Below are positions 1 through 9,837 of a stretch of 38,301 nt of DNA, piece after piece. Origin of the DNA: a virus (taxonomy: Duplodnaviria > Caudoviricetes). The position numbers were made by a program, and so were the translations under genes. The notes beneath the pieces are model-generated. The model was not told the DNA's origin. It did no database searches and worked only from the letters and a program-made list of their open reading frames with translations. The stretch's first letter is position 1; every line of letters starts with the position of its first letter. The DNA lies in IMG/VR virus record IMGVR_UViG_3300023256_000014, positions 1 to 38,301 of that record; one strand, given 5' to 3'.

Positions 1-386
1 TTTCTGTCTGTTTGCCCACCGATAAATTGGTCTTCAATTGCGGCAGTTATTTCAAATGAATGTTCATTTCAAACAATAATATCTCCAATCTCTGGATACA
101 ATCCAAAATCTTCTAAACTATTTTTGTGAAATTTAATAGTAATTCCTTGATTTATATCAACTCCAAATTCCTCGTTTTCAACATCAGGTGGGTCATGTTC
201 AATTAAGCCTGCAACAGTAACATCTGGAAAATAAACCATATTTAATGTCTCACCATATAAGTCTTCTTTGTTCTCGTAAGCATTTATTTTATATACTGTT
301 ATCACTGTATCAATAATATCAATAATCAATTCACGATTTATATGATCAAATAATGAAATGTCTCGTACTCTATTAAATAATGGCAT
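1..386 (-). CDS. gp14-like neck/head-completion protein, 3' end runs off the window
   Basis: Reading TGA(69-71) as Trp gives YPEIGDIIVWNEHSFEITAAIEDQFIGG, resembling the T4 gp14 PxxGDxI...FEI motif. Open to base 1; downstream of the gp13-like gene. Confidence 0.65.
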
Positions 387-396
387 AGTTTATTTC

Positions 397-1083
397 CTAA
401 CTTACTTGTTCTATTCGTTTATTTTTAAGCATTATAGCAATTAATTGTTTTACTAATTTTCCCTTTTTGTCATCATATATTTTATGTGCTCTGCCAACAA
501 ATCCATCAATTTTTTTATTTTGTCTTGCAAATTGTATTTCTCCGTTTGGTGTGTCTATATAAAATTCGCCAAATCCCATATGTTTTAATTTAGAATTAGA
601 TAACATTCCACTTGATTTATTAATAAAATTAGAATCCACATATGTTACTCCATGGTCTTCTGAGTAGTGTCCTAAATTTTTATCTTCATTTATCATTTCT
701 TTTATCATTTGTCTAACTTCTGATTTCTTCATAGTTTGCGATTCTTTTATTTTATCCTTAAATATTTCTTTCCATGTTCCATAATTTAATGCAATTCTAT
801 TTTGCGTTATATTACCATACACAATATTTTTTTCGCTTGTACTTTTTCCAGTAATTGCTTTATATGCTTTTAATCGCAAATCATTTGGCATTGGATTTTC
901 TTTTCAATTAAACATATCAACAGCAATATACGGATTTGGTCTTTTTGACTTTGACACACTAACACTTATTTTGAATCCTTTTAGGTCATTTTTCATCAAG
1001 TATTGTTTTAATCCTTTTGCGAAATTTACATACCTTTTGCGTTCTTCTTGAGATACTGCTTCTTTTATTTTCGATTTCTTCAT
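397..1083 (-). CDS. Two-module MKKS-leader protein (putative internal head protein)
   Basis: ATG at 1083 (MKKSKIKEA), one in-frame TGA at 904, second in-frame leader MKKSEVRQMIKEMINE at 732, ends TAG. Confidence 0.65.
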
Positions 1084-1105
1084 ATTTCTTATTCCTTATA
1101 ATTTT

Positions 1106-1222
1106 TTAAAACCAAACATATCATTTTGAAGAGCGAAGTGCTTTATCATTCCAAATAATTATATCATCCATAGTATCTTGAATCACCTCACGAATCATTG
1201 TCCTAACTTCTGACTTTTTCAT
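1106..1222 (-). CDS. Short MKKSE-leader protein (38 aa)
   Basis: MKKSEVRTMIREVIQD; TAATG overlap with upstream gene; one TGA; ends TAA. Confidence 0.5.
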
Positions 1223-1458
1223 TACTCTCACTCCACCTTTTTTACATAAATGGTAAGTAATTTTGGATCGCCTTTCCAATCATTACCTTCGCCAGACAAA
1301 ATATCAAATTGACTTAATAAATCGTCAAAGAATGATTTATTTTTAAAATCTGAAGGATAGAATGTTATAAGCCCACCTACATTTTTTTTCCCTTTGTTGC
1401 CTTCATTTATCATTTGGAGTTCTTCTTTTATCATACTTCTAATTTCTGATTTTTTCAT
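1222..1458 (-). CDS. MKKSE-leader protein
   Basis: MKKSEIRSMIKEELQMINE; AGGAG RBS; TGA(1228) read-through reaches a TAA overlapping the next ATG (TAATG). Confidence 0.7.
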
Positions 1459-1468
1459 TTATGTTCTC

Positions 1469-1744
1469 CTATATATTTTTTTTAATGTATAGTTGTTGTT
1501 CATTAGAATTATAATCAAATCCGATTCCAATAGAACTAACAGAATATCCTATTTTTTCAAGTTTAGATTTAAGTTTTTTACGTATGTTGTTATCTTTTCC
1601 ATGAAGTGCTACTATTGCCCCATCTAATCATTTTTCAACATATCTTACGCCTTTAATTTTGCCTAAATCTTGCTGAATCATTTTCTTGATTTCAGACTTT
1701 TTCATTTCTTCTTTAATTATTAATCTTAATTCTGATTTTTTCAT
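1469..1744 (-). CDS. Double-leader protein (91 aa)
   Basis: MKKSELRLIIKEE-MKKSEIKKMIQQ; one TGA; ends TAG; absent from the ORF track. Confidence 0.7.
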
Positions 1745-1756
1745 TTTATTCTTCCT

Positions 1757-1807
1757 TTATTTTAATTCAGGTAACAATTCAGTAATTATATGACTTACCT
1801 TTTCCCG
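1757..1807 (-). repeat. Displaced copy of the 3' end of the prohead protease gene
   Basis: 41/51 nt identical to 15549-15599; encodes KVSHIITELLPELK* versus KVSNIITELLPELK*. Confidence 0.8.
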
Positions 1808-2049
1808 ACAGCTACTATTTTATAATTTTTTAAATGACTGTCGTGTATATTAAATGACTTGCCAGTTTTAAAATTAGTAAATTTATAATAACTTCCTTTC
1901 TTCGTAAAATGTCCAACATATCTACACAAGCCAACATCTCAATCCAAGTCTATTTGCTTTAATCTATACATATGCTTCGGAATTAATTTAATTGAACTTG
2001 CTTCTTGTATAACTTCTTTAATTATTTTTCTTAATTCTGATTTTTTCAT
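1795..2049 (-). CDS. MKKSE-leader protein (84 aa)
   Basis: MKKSELRKIIKEVIQEA; AGGAG RBS; one TGA; ends TAA. Confidence 0.7.
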
Positions 2050-2059
2050 TTATGTTCTC

Positions 2060-2332
2060 CTATATATTTTCAATATCTTTAATTGAGACAAGTTCTTGGG
2101 GCTTAAAATGCATTAATTTAATTCCCGAAATTGGTTCTATATATACTCTTTTTGTTTTTCTGTTGCAATTTGTGATTTTAAAGATTATTTTTGCTTCCTT
2201 TTTATTTACAGGTTTTTTTAATTTAACTGGTTTTGTCAAATCAACATTATCTAATACTCCAACCACTGTACTGTTCGATTTTACTTCTTTTACAAGATTT
2301 CGTATCATTGTTCTAACTTCTGATTTTTTCAT
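2060..2332 (-). CDS. MKKSE-leader protein
   Basis: MKKSEVRTMIRNLVKE; AGGAG RBS; ends TAG. Confidence 0.7.
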   Translation of the reverse strand: MKKSEVRTMIRNLVKEVKSNSTVVGVLDNVDLTKPVKLKKPVNKKEAKIIFKITNCNRKTKRVYIEPISGIKLMHFKPQELVSIKDIENI

Positions 2333-2361
2333 TTATGTACTCCTATTTTTTATTTTTTTAT

Positions 2362-3546
2362 TTATCCTATGTACACCTTAAATGGTATTTTCTTTAAACT
2401 TTCCATTAAGAATTCAGATTCTTCCTGAGACTTCTCCATTTGTCGTCTTTTGCCTGCTTCTTCAAGGCTTTCTCTTAATTGTTCAATCAATGCTGTTTTA
2501 TCTGATTCTGCTTCAGAACGTAATGTGTCACCATCCAATTGAACTTCGCCATCTGGAATTGGAATTCCAGAATATTTACCCCTAACATATCCTAACATTT
2601 GAGTTGCTTCAGCAAATGCATATTCAAAAATTCATTGCTTACCAACTGTATTAATGTTGTCGTAATCCATCCACTCAAATCCTGCGTTCGAGAAGTCTGC
2701 TACTGAACCAGTACCGCTTGTTAACGAACCAGTATACCCTCTACCAGAAGGGTCATTTCTGTCTTCCTCAAGAATATAATCAAATCATAATGTGCAATTT
2801 GATGTTGGTATTGGAAACAATCTTAATTTATTAAATGGTCTAATTTGAAAACTATAATGCGACCACCTAACGTCACGACTCATTTCAATTTCTTGCATTC
2901 TTAACAAGTCAGCATATATTGGCATCATTGTAAAAGTAATTGCTGGTGACATTCCGCCAAATCCCCAAGCATCCGTCATTCCTTGCGATGCCATACCAGT
3001 GCCCGCATAAGGGTCAAAGAATCTTGTGACTGCCGGTATATCATTATGATAAATCTTTTTTATTTCCATTGTGTCGCCACTTGCTGAAACCGCTCCCCAT
3101 AATACATTCAGATCATAGTCTTGTTGTCCTGCAATTACAGAAATACTACCCGTATATAATGGAATATTGCCACCGCTTCCGGCTTCGGTGCCGTATGGCG
3201 TTGCTAATCTTATTATTTGTGATAAGTTAGTTGTATTCATCGCAACGTTATTATGAGTAAAATTTGTTGTTGCTGGTGAGCCCTGTAAGTTTATTAAATT
3301 TTCTCTAATATTGAACTCATTTACTTGTCTTGAGTATTGCATTATTGACCATTCAAATGCTTCATAAAATGAACCTGATGTAATCTCCACTTCTACAGTT
3401 GGATAGCCTAACTTTCTTGCTCCGAAAGTAGCAAATTTTGGGCCATCATTTTGAAACGATGTTTGGTTATCAAATAATCCAAATGGTGTTGAGCCCGATA
3501 TATCTCCAGTGGTTCCGTCTCAAACTTGTGCTTGTGGTGTTCCCAT
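2362..3546 (-). CDS. gp13-like neck protein
   Basis: ARKLGYPTVEVEI N-terminal motif and GKQ(W)IFEYAFAEATQMLGYVRGKYSGIPIPDGEVQLDGD C-terminal motif. Three TGAs (3520, 2785, 2632) join the track fragments in one frame; AGGAG RBS. Confidence 0.85.
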
Positions 3547-3564
3547 ATATTTTCTCCTACTTTA

Positions 3565-3597
3565 ATACTATACATTACATTCTTAAATGTATAGTAT
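3565..3597 (-). promoter_or_regulatory. 12-bp hairpin in the gp13-like leader
   Basis: ATACTATACATT-9 nt-AATGTATAGTAT between the candidate late promoter and the RBS. Confidence 0.45.
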
Positions 3598-3614
3598 ATA
3601 TAGTGTATCTTACA

Positions 3615-3623
3615 TATAAATAT
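3615..3623 (-). promoter_or_regulatory. Candidate late promoter ATATTTATA
   Basis: Same 9-mer in five intergenic gaps upstream of - strand operons. Confidence 0.5.
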
Positions 3624-3689
3624 TTGTTTTGTATATTTTTTCGATAATTTTATCTTAAAGATAGATTTATAATAAAATTAAAAAAATAC

Positions 3690-3717
3690 TTGACAAAACT
3701 TTCTATAAAGCTATTAT
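3690..3717 (+). promoter_or_regulatory. Sigma70-type (early) promoter
   Basis: TTGACA-16 nt-TATTAT, A-rich upstream element, followed by AGTTATGTAAGTGA shared with the promoter at 4613. Confidence 0.75.
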
Positions 3718-3768
3718 AGTTATGTAAGTGATTGAGAATAAGTGATTAAAAAAACAAAGGGAGCGGAA

Positions 3769-4293
3769 ATGAAAAAGTTAATTAACATTTTACTGAAAGA
3801 AACGCAAAATCTTCAGGTACAATATATAGAATTAACTAAAAAATGGGCAAGAAACGATTTTGTTAGAGCAGAAGAAATGAATTCTTGGAATGATGAAGAT
3901 TGGTGCGAATATCTTGGATTAATTCCCATATTACGTACTAGCCGATTTAGAGATGATTACATGACCTTCCCAAAAAACTTTTACAATACTAAATATGCAA
4001 AAACATATTCTTTAAAACAAGATGCTGTTAAACGAATTGTCCAAATGGGATTTCATAAATATGTTTTGAAAAATATCGAACAAGCAGAAAAACATTACAC
4101 CCAATCAATTGAAAAACTCGCATTTAGAATTAATAAAAAAGGACTCAACATTGATAACCTTAAAACAAAAACAGGACACGTTGGCGTTAATATAGAAACT
4201 ACATTAACTGATGGCGAAAAAACTGTTAGAGCATGGACAATCATTGCAAGCGGAATAGTACAAAGACCACATTACAGATATTTAATAAAATAA
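3769..4293 (+). CDS. Hypothetical (putative early) protein
   Basis: GGGAG RBS before ATG 3769; 4 Trp all TGG; ends TAA. Confidence 0.8.
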   Translation: MKKLINILLKETQNLQVQYIELTKKWARNDFVRAEEMNSWNDEDWCEYLGLIPILRTSRFRDDYMTFPKNFYNTKYAKTYSLKQDAVKRIVQMGFHKYVLKNIEQAEKHYTQSIEKLAFRINKKGLNIDNLKTKTGHVGVNIETTLTDGEKTVRAWTIIASGIVQRPHYRYLIK

Positions 4294-4306
4294 AGAGGAG
4301 ATACAA

Positions 4307-4600
4307 ATGAAAGAAAGCAAAGAAATTGCAAAGCAACCTTATGAAATGACAAAGAAAGAGTTTGCAAAAGCATACAAGGATAAAGGTGATGGATTATATG
4401 ATTTGGGACAACGTGGAATTATAGATGAATACAAAAAGAAAACAATAATGTCATCTGAAATAATAAGGGTTACTGAAAAATATCCAAAAGATGTTGATTA
4501 TGACAGATTCCTTATAGTAAGAAAAGCACTATCCGAAAGAAAAACAATTCCAACAGAAGTATTGGCTGACTATCCAGAATTATTTAAAAATCTTAACTAA
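4307..4600 (+). CDS. Hypothetical (putative early) protein
   Basis: GAGGAG RBS; ends TAA; co-oriented with neighbours. Confidence 0.75.
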   Translation: MKESKEIAKQPYEMTKKEFAKAYKDKGDGLYDLGQRGIIDEYKKKTIMSSEIIRVTEKYPKDVDYDRFLIVRKALSERKTIPTEVLADYPELFKNLN

Positions 4601-4612
4601 ATTAAAATAAAC

Positions 4613-4640
4613 TTGACAAAACCACCAATAAGAATACTAT
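4613..4640 (+). promoter_or_regulatory. Sigma70-type (early) promoter, second copy
   Basis: TTGACA-16 nt-TACTAT-AGTTATGTAAGTGA; leader ends AAAAAAACAAAGGGAG as in the first copy. Confidence 0.75.
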
Positions 4641-4692
4641 AGTTATGTAAGTGAGAGAGTGAAAGAGATAAAAAAAACAAAGGGAGAAATAA

Positions 4693-4905
4693 ATGAGCAA
4701 AATAACAAAAAATACTAAATGGTCTATAGTGGATGATCAAGACAAAAGAAAAATACATGCTTATCATTTAACATCAAAAGAAGCTCTTGCATTATATAAT
4801 GAATTAACTGGATATGAAAGTAAAACGATCGAACATGCATATAATAATACAGGACACCATAAATGGATGCTTATAAAGGATGATGATGTCTTTACAATGT
4901 TTTAA
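4693..4905 (+). CDS. Hypothetical (putative early) protein
   Basis: AGGGAG RBS; 2 Trp both TGG; ends TAA. Confidence 0.75.
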   Translation: MSKITKNTKWSIVDDQDKRKIHAYHLTSKEALALYNELTGYESKTIEHAYNNTGHHKWMLIKDDDVFTMF

Positions 4906-4929
4906 GAAGAAAAATAATCCCCATATACG

Positions 4930-4963
4930 AAAAAAAGAGCGAAAACAAATCCGCTCTTTTTTT
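4930..4963. terminator. Bidirectional intrinsic terminator
   Basis: AAAAAAAGAGCG-10 nt-CGCTCTTTTTTT between convergent genes. Confidence 0.75.
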
Positions 4964-6886
4964 TTACATATCTGTAATTACTTCATATTTAACTTTATTT
5001 TTTTTATCAAAGTGCGAAGTATTATTGGATATTTTGTATTTATACTTAAAATTCAATTTATCGGCAATATCTTTGGACATACAAATTTCTTTATTTTGAA
5101 ATGTTTGTAATGATTTTATAAATGTATTTTCCCATTCACTAAATGAACTATAATAACTATTACCACTATATTCTTCAAGATTAAAATATGGTATTGATGT
5201 AAATGTTAAATCACAATCTTTTGGCCCTGTATAATCTTCCATCTTGCAATTGTGTAATTCAATATTATTAAAATTCTTACTTAACTCAACCAATTCATTA
5301 TAAGCCTCCTTGTTCGGTTCAATCCCAATATATTTTCCATTAGGATATATTGATTTAAATCCTAACAACCTACCGCCAAACCCCGAGCATGGGTCAATTA
5401 CTGTTGGTGTGGCATTACTGCCCAATATATGCAAATATATTGCGGCGGCAAGCATTGGCTTAAAAAATGAAATGGTATACCTTGCGGCAGACAACCCCAT
5501 TATCAACTGATGAAGTGAGAAATCAAATATTTCATTACTATCATTTATACCAATACGGTATTTAATTATTTTTCTCATAATATCATCATCAAGCCAAGCC
5601 TCTACTGGGGTTTTCTTATCCTTATAATTTGAGTTCCAATAAGATTTGTGGTGTGCCTTTAAATATCCGACTCCTATTAATGAACAATTATTTCTAAATA
5701 CATTATCTTTAATTATATTCGTCAAGTCATATTTTTTTATTTTATCTATTATAATGCTCACATCATCAGTTTGTTTTGGGTATGGGAATTCTGGCTGAAA
5801 TACTCTTACGAATTTTAATAATAAACTAATATATTTTTCTAATTTATCTTTACCATTTTTTTCAATATAATGTTTAAAATATTCTTTTTCCATTATAATT
5901 TGTCTATTTAATATGGACAAATCTGGATGCTTATTGAATTTTTTTATATCATTCAATGTTGTTATCTTGTCAATATCATTCTCTCTAACTCTATAAAGTT
6001 TATGTAAATTTGACTTATTTTTATCTGAAATTGCTCCTGATATTAATTGAAAATTAAGATGTTCTTTCTTCATTGGGTGCCAATATTCTCCGTCTACCTC
6101 TACAAGCATATTGTCGTCAACTATATAAAAATCTACGACACCATAATCTGTTGGATATTGTTGTATAAATTCTTTGTTTAAATTTACCAATAATTCTTTA
6201 ATTTTATTCTCAGGTATTGTATTTTTTTTATCCGAAATTCCCATCCGACTAATAGCACGGTTTTTCATTTTTATCTTAGTTTCTGCTTTTACTCTTACAT
6301 TGAACCTAGGATTATTTTCCCCAATAGAGTTGTGTCCGGCTATAAAGTCATTATTGTATGGTGGCTGGTTTAACGTTTTAACTTTTTCCCCACATCCACA
6401 TTTACATTTCGGAATATTCCCTTTATATACATAATCAATGACATATTGTTGTTTCGTAATATGATGTTCTTTTTTTATATGATAGGTTAATAATCTTTCA
6501 GAACCAAATTCTTTATTACAAACCAAACAAACTACTCCGTTTTCTTTTGCTCTTTTATTATAATCTAAAAATTTAGGCCTAAATTCGCCATATTTTTCAA
6601 TATATCCTTCAGTAGTCATATTGTGAGTATCAGATAAGTGTCCTGATAATCCAACGGTAGTAAATTTTTTTTGACATATTTTACATATAACTCTATTTAC
6701 CTTCCTTTTTGCAGGTTTATTTTTATTTAATTTATTTTTACGGAATTCACCATATTTCTTTATATATTCCGAAAGACAATGGGTCCGTTTAATATGTTGT
6801 GCCAAAACATTTGTATAAAACATTTCATGACATTCCATACATTCCACTTTAGTAAATTTAGCAGTCCTATTTCTTTTTTTTGCCAT
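4964..6886 (-). CDS. C2H2 zinc-finger / Vsr-DUF559-like endonuclease / amino-DNA methyltransferase fusion
   Basis: Three CxxC..HxxxxH fingers, CKCGCG, VDFY..VEVDGEYWH, SAM motif VIDPCSGFGGRLLG and SPPY-like FTSIPYF; AAGGAG RBS before ATG 6886. Confidence 0.7.
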   Translation of the reverse strand: MAKKRNRTAKFTKVECMECHEMFYTNVLAQHIKRTHCLSEYIKKYGEFRKNKLNKNKPAKRKVNRVICKICQKKFTTVGLSGHLSDTHNMTTEGYIEKYGEFRPKFLDYNKRAKENGVVCLVCNKEFGSERLLTYHIKKEHHITKQQYVIDYVYKGNIPKCKCGCGEKVKTLNQPPYNNDFIAGHNSIGENNPRFNVRVKAETKIKMKNRAISRMGISDKKNTIPENKIKELLVNLNKEFIQQYPTDYGVVDFYIVDDNMLVEVDGEYWHPMKKEHLNFQLISGAISDKNKSNLHKLYRVRENDIDKITTLNDIKKFNKHPDLSILNRQIIMEKEYFKHYIEKNGKDKLEKYISLLLKFVRVFQPEFPYPKQTDDVSIIIDKIKKYDLTNIIKDNVFRNNCSLIGVGYLKAHHKSYWNSNYKDKKTPVEAWLDDDIMRKIIKYRIGINDSNEIFDFSLHQLIMGLSAARYTISFFKPMLAAAIYLHILGSNATPTVIDPCSGFGGRLLGFKSIYPNGKYIGIEPNKEAYNELVELSKNFNNIELHNCKMEDYTGPKDCDLTFTSIPYFNLEEYSGNSYYSSFSEWENTFIKSLQTFQNKEICMSKDIADKLNFKYKYKISNNTSHFDKKNKVKYEVITDM

Positions 6887-6905
6887 TAAATTTCTCCTTG
6901 TTATA

Positions 6906-6914
6906 TATAAATAT
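6906..6914 (-). promoter_or_regulatory. Candidate late promoter ATATTTATA
   Basis: About 20 nt upstream of ATG 6886; recurring intergenic 9-mer. Confidence 0.5.
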
Positions 6915-7031
6915 AAGGCTACACGAAGAAAGTTCAAAAAAACTTGGCATATCACTTTGTTTTTTTTGCTATCATAAAAAATGTTAGATGGTATTACTTT
7001 GTCGTATCTTTATTTTAAAATAATTAATAAA

Positions 7032-7067
7032 AAAAATAGACAACCAAGAAATTGGTTGTCTATTTTT
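7032..7067 (-). terminator. Intrinsic terminator after the major capsid gene
   Basis: AAAAATAGACAACCAA-gaaa-TTGGTTGTCTATTTTT perfect 16-bp inverted repeat with U tract. Confidence 0.85.
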
Positions 7068-7092
7068 AAGTCTATATAGTATAAACGTTTAT

Positions 7093-8694
7093 CTATACTG
7101 TGTTCAATCCGTGTACAATGATCTTTCCATAAAATTCAGGTCTGACCATTTTCTTCGCATAACGGGTCATTACCGCTTTACGTGGAACGAAAGTATCAGG
7201 ATCATAGATGAGTGGACTCATAATCAATGGAATATATGGCGCAAATACGGCACCTGTTTCCAAGAATGTGCTACCACGATATCCAATAAGAATTACGTTT
7301 TCTTTCATATAAGGATTTTTGTAAACAGTTAATCTGTTATTCAAAGCACCTATTTTCTTAACACCCATTGCAAATTGCATTTGATTACCATCTGTATCAG
7401 CATTATAACCAGGCATAGATTCAATGATTGTTGCTACGTCAGGAGAAACAACTATAAAGTTAGCTCCGCCTCTCATTGTTTTCGCATGGATTTGATTTGA
7501 TACTTTTTGTAATTTAATACCAAGAGTTTGGTACCAAGTTGTTTTGTCAGAGATGTAGTATTGTGAGTTAGCCGCAAAAGCACCAGTGTTAGCGTTATAT
7601 TCAACGCCTGGATTTGCAGACCAATATTCAGTTGTGTCAGCCGCTACAATTAACATATCTAAGATTTCAAGGTCAATCTCCATCGTCACATGCTCAGACA
7701 ACATAGTTGTCAATTCTTGCTCTGCGTCAATAGCGTGATAAGCTTGAAGGTCTTGACTAATTTCAGGTGTTCACACAGCTTTCAATTTTTTAGTCTTTGC
7801 TACAATAGCTTCGGACTTGAATTCGATGTCGATTTCAGGAATATCAATTGGACTATTTGTTGAATTTTCTTCGAAGTCACCTCTGTCATATGCAGAAGGT
7901 TGTTTTTGATAGTAAGCATACAGACCGTCTGTACCTTCTACAAGTGCTGATGATGCTGATACAATAAATTGTACGTTTGTTCCAACTATTTTTGTGAATT
8001 GTGGGTAATATTCGTCGAAATTAGCACTTGTTGCACTACTAGAGATTGCGAAACCTCTAATGCCGTCTGTATCATATTCTGAAAGAGCAGATACAGGTAT
8101 TGCTAATTTATAAATACCTTTACCTGCGGCGGTAGCCGCTACTGATGCTGATAAATCAGCGTCATAATTTACGTCAGACCATGCAATTGCAGAACCGGTA
8201 TTAACGTCTTGTACTGATGAACTGAAGTTATTTGATGAATAAGTAAATCTACCAGCGCCATAAAAGCCACCGTAAGGTGCGTTTGCTGATGCTGATGTAA
8301 TACCATGAACAGGGTCGCCGTCTGTGTAAGGTAACTTAGTTGTTCCGTACTTGAAGTTTATGTAAAACACAAGTCCAGATGGTAAGTTCATTGGTTGAAC
8401 ACTTACAAATTCTTTTGATGGAAGTTCACCAAAAATTCTACGTACTAAAGGAAGTGCAACTCCAGACCACTCTTCTGAGCCGGCTGTGTTACCAGTAGTA
8501 GTTGATTCTTTGATTAACTCACGTGCTTGGTTTTCAAGAAGTATTGCCATATTGCTACGGTCGTATCCTTCCAAACCTTCTAAAAGACCAGTTTCGTCCC
8601 ATTTGCCAGCAAGCAATTGTGCTTGTTTCATTTTGGACTTATGAGGGTCTGCACTTTCCATCAGTCTTTTAATATTGGTTAAATTTTTTCCCAT
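7093..8694 (-). CDS. gp23: Major capsid protein (T4 gp23 family), 533 aa
   Basis: LPLVRRIF, VSVQPMNLPSGLVF, KTKKLKAV(W)TPEISQDLQAYHAIDAEQEL, FAPYIPL, MTRYA; a single TGA at 7771 in the conserved KLKAxW position. Confidence 0.95.
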
Positions 8695-8709
8695 TTTATT
8701 TCTCCTATT

Positions 8710-9837
8710 TTATTTTCTTATATTTGCTAAAAGTTGGTATCTATCTTTTATAGGATTAGATACTTTGTTTCTAATAATTCTTTTCTTCCTATTTACAAGA
8801 ATCGCTTTAGATGCGGTTCCTTCTCTAAGAGTGTTTGGCTTAGTTGCCCTGATTTTCTTTTGTCTGTCCTTGTAAGCTTCAAACAAAGTTTTATAGATTA
8901 ATTTGATGTCACTAATGTTCTTAGCTTTATCAAATGCCTCAACGATTTTGTATTTTTGCATTTCAGAAAGTTTCTTACGTTTTAACATGTCATTGACATA
9001 AAGCAATTTAGCTTGCACAAATTTTTGTTCTGCAATTTTTCGTTTGAAAAGTTTTGTTCCTGCTTTATATTTTCTCAATTCTGTTGTAAGCTTTTTGTTT
9101 CTGGCTTTTAATGATTCAATTTCTAAATCATCATCTTCAATTTCGTCATCTTCAATTTCAACTTCGTCGTCGTCTTCAATGTCAAACTCAAGGTCTTCGT
9201 CTTCTTCAATTTCAACTTCGTCATCTTCAATTTCAACTTCGTCGTCTTCTTCAATTTCGTCATCTTCAATTTCAACTTCGTCGTCTTCAATGTCGATATC
9301 ATCATCTTCGCTAAGATCTTCCATTTGTTTCATAATGGCTTCGAGGTTAATTTCTTCTTCCTCTTCTTCCTCATCTTCCTCATCTTCCAAATCATCAACA
9401 TCAATGTCCATTTCTGCATCTTCCAATCCGGCAACTGCTTCATCTTCGTCGTCTTCAATTTCATCATCCTCAATTCCATCAAGGTCAACTTCTTCTTCGT
9501 CTTCCAAATCTTCATCGTCTTCCAAATCTTCATCGTCAATTACATCAAGGTCAATTTCTTCTTCTTCGGCTGGTGCGTCATAGGCATCATCTTCAATTTC
9601 TGCTTCTTCTTCGCCTTCAATATCGTTAAAGTTTTCCCCATCTTCTAAATCATCATCTTCTAATTCGTCTTCTTCTTGTTGTAATCTTTTAGCGATAAGT
9701 GATTTAAGTTGTGGTGTGAATCTTTCTTTTAACTTTTCTTGAGCGTTAAAGAGAGAAATTTCCATAAGAGCTTTCGCATCTGTGATGCATTCGTCGATAA
9801 GTCTTAATGAACCTGTGGTTTTTTTTACTTTACCCAT
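8710..9837 (-). CDS. Prohead scaffold/core protein (gp22-like)
   Basis: Immediately upstream of gp23; long D/E-rich centre, coiled coil, AKLLYVN..VEAFDKA, C-terminal RYQLLANI; AGGAG RBS before ATG 9837. Confidence 0.75.
   Translation of the reverse strand: MGKVKKTTGSLRLIDECITDAKALMEISLFNAQEKLKERFTPQLKSLIAKRLQQEEDELEDDDLEDGENFNDIEGEEEAEIEDDAYDAPAEEEEIDLDVIDDEDLEDDEDLEDEEEVDLDGIEDDEIEDDEDEAVAGLEDAEMDIDVDDLEDEEDEEEEEEEINLEAIMKQMEDLSEDDDIDIEDDEVEIEDDEIEEDDEVEIEDDEVEIEEDEDLEFDIEDDDEVEIEDDEIEDDDLEIESLKARNKKLTTELRKYKAGTKLFKRKIAEQKFVQAKLLYVNDMLKRKKLSEMQKYKIVEAFDKAKNISDIKLIYKTLFEAYKDRQKKIRATKPNTLREGTASKAILVNRKKRIIRNKVSNPIKDRYQLLANIRK
9130..9300 (-). repeat. Coding tandem repeats EDDEVEIEDDEIE in the scaffold
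   Basis: Recurrent tcttcaatttcaacttcgtc / tcttcaatttcgtca units. Confidence 0.8.

Noticed and set aside
1795-1806. Programmed -1 frameshift at GGGAAAAGG adding the ITELLPELK tail
   Set aside because: In-frame codons are GTC GGG AAA AGG, which do not form an X XXY YYZ heptamer in the required phase.
1200-2345. Recurring TTCTGATTTTTTCAT repeats as a CRISPR array or attC-like sites
   Set aside because: Spacing is 240-300 nt and irregular, repeats are non-palindromic coding starts with synonymous variation, and no cas or integrase gene is present.
7771-7773. TGA as Gly (code 25) or selenocysteine
   Set aside because: TGA alternates with TGG in internal repeats and falls at conserved Trp columns, not Gly or Cys.
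9044-9648. Poly-Ser and other alternative-frame ORFs over the scaffold gene
   Set aside because: Shadows of the GAA/GAT-rich acidic tract; no RBS.
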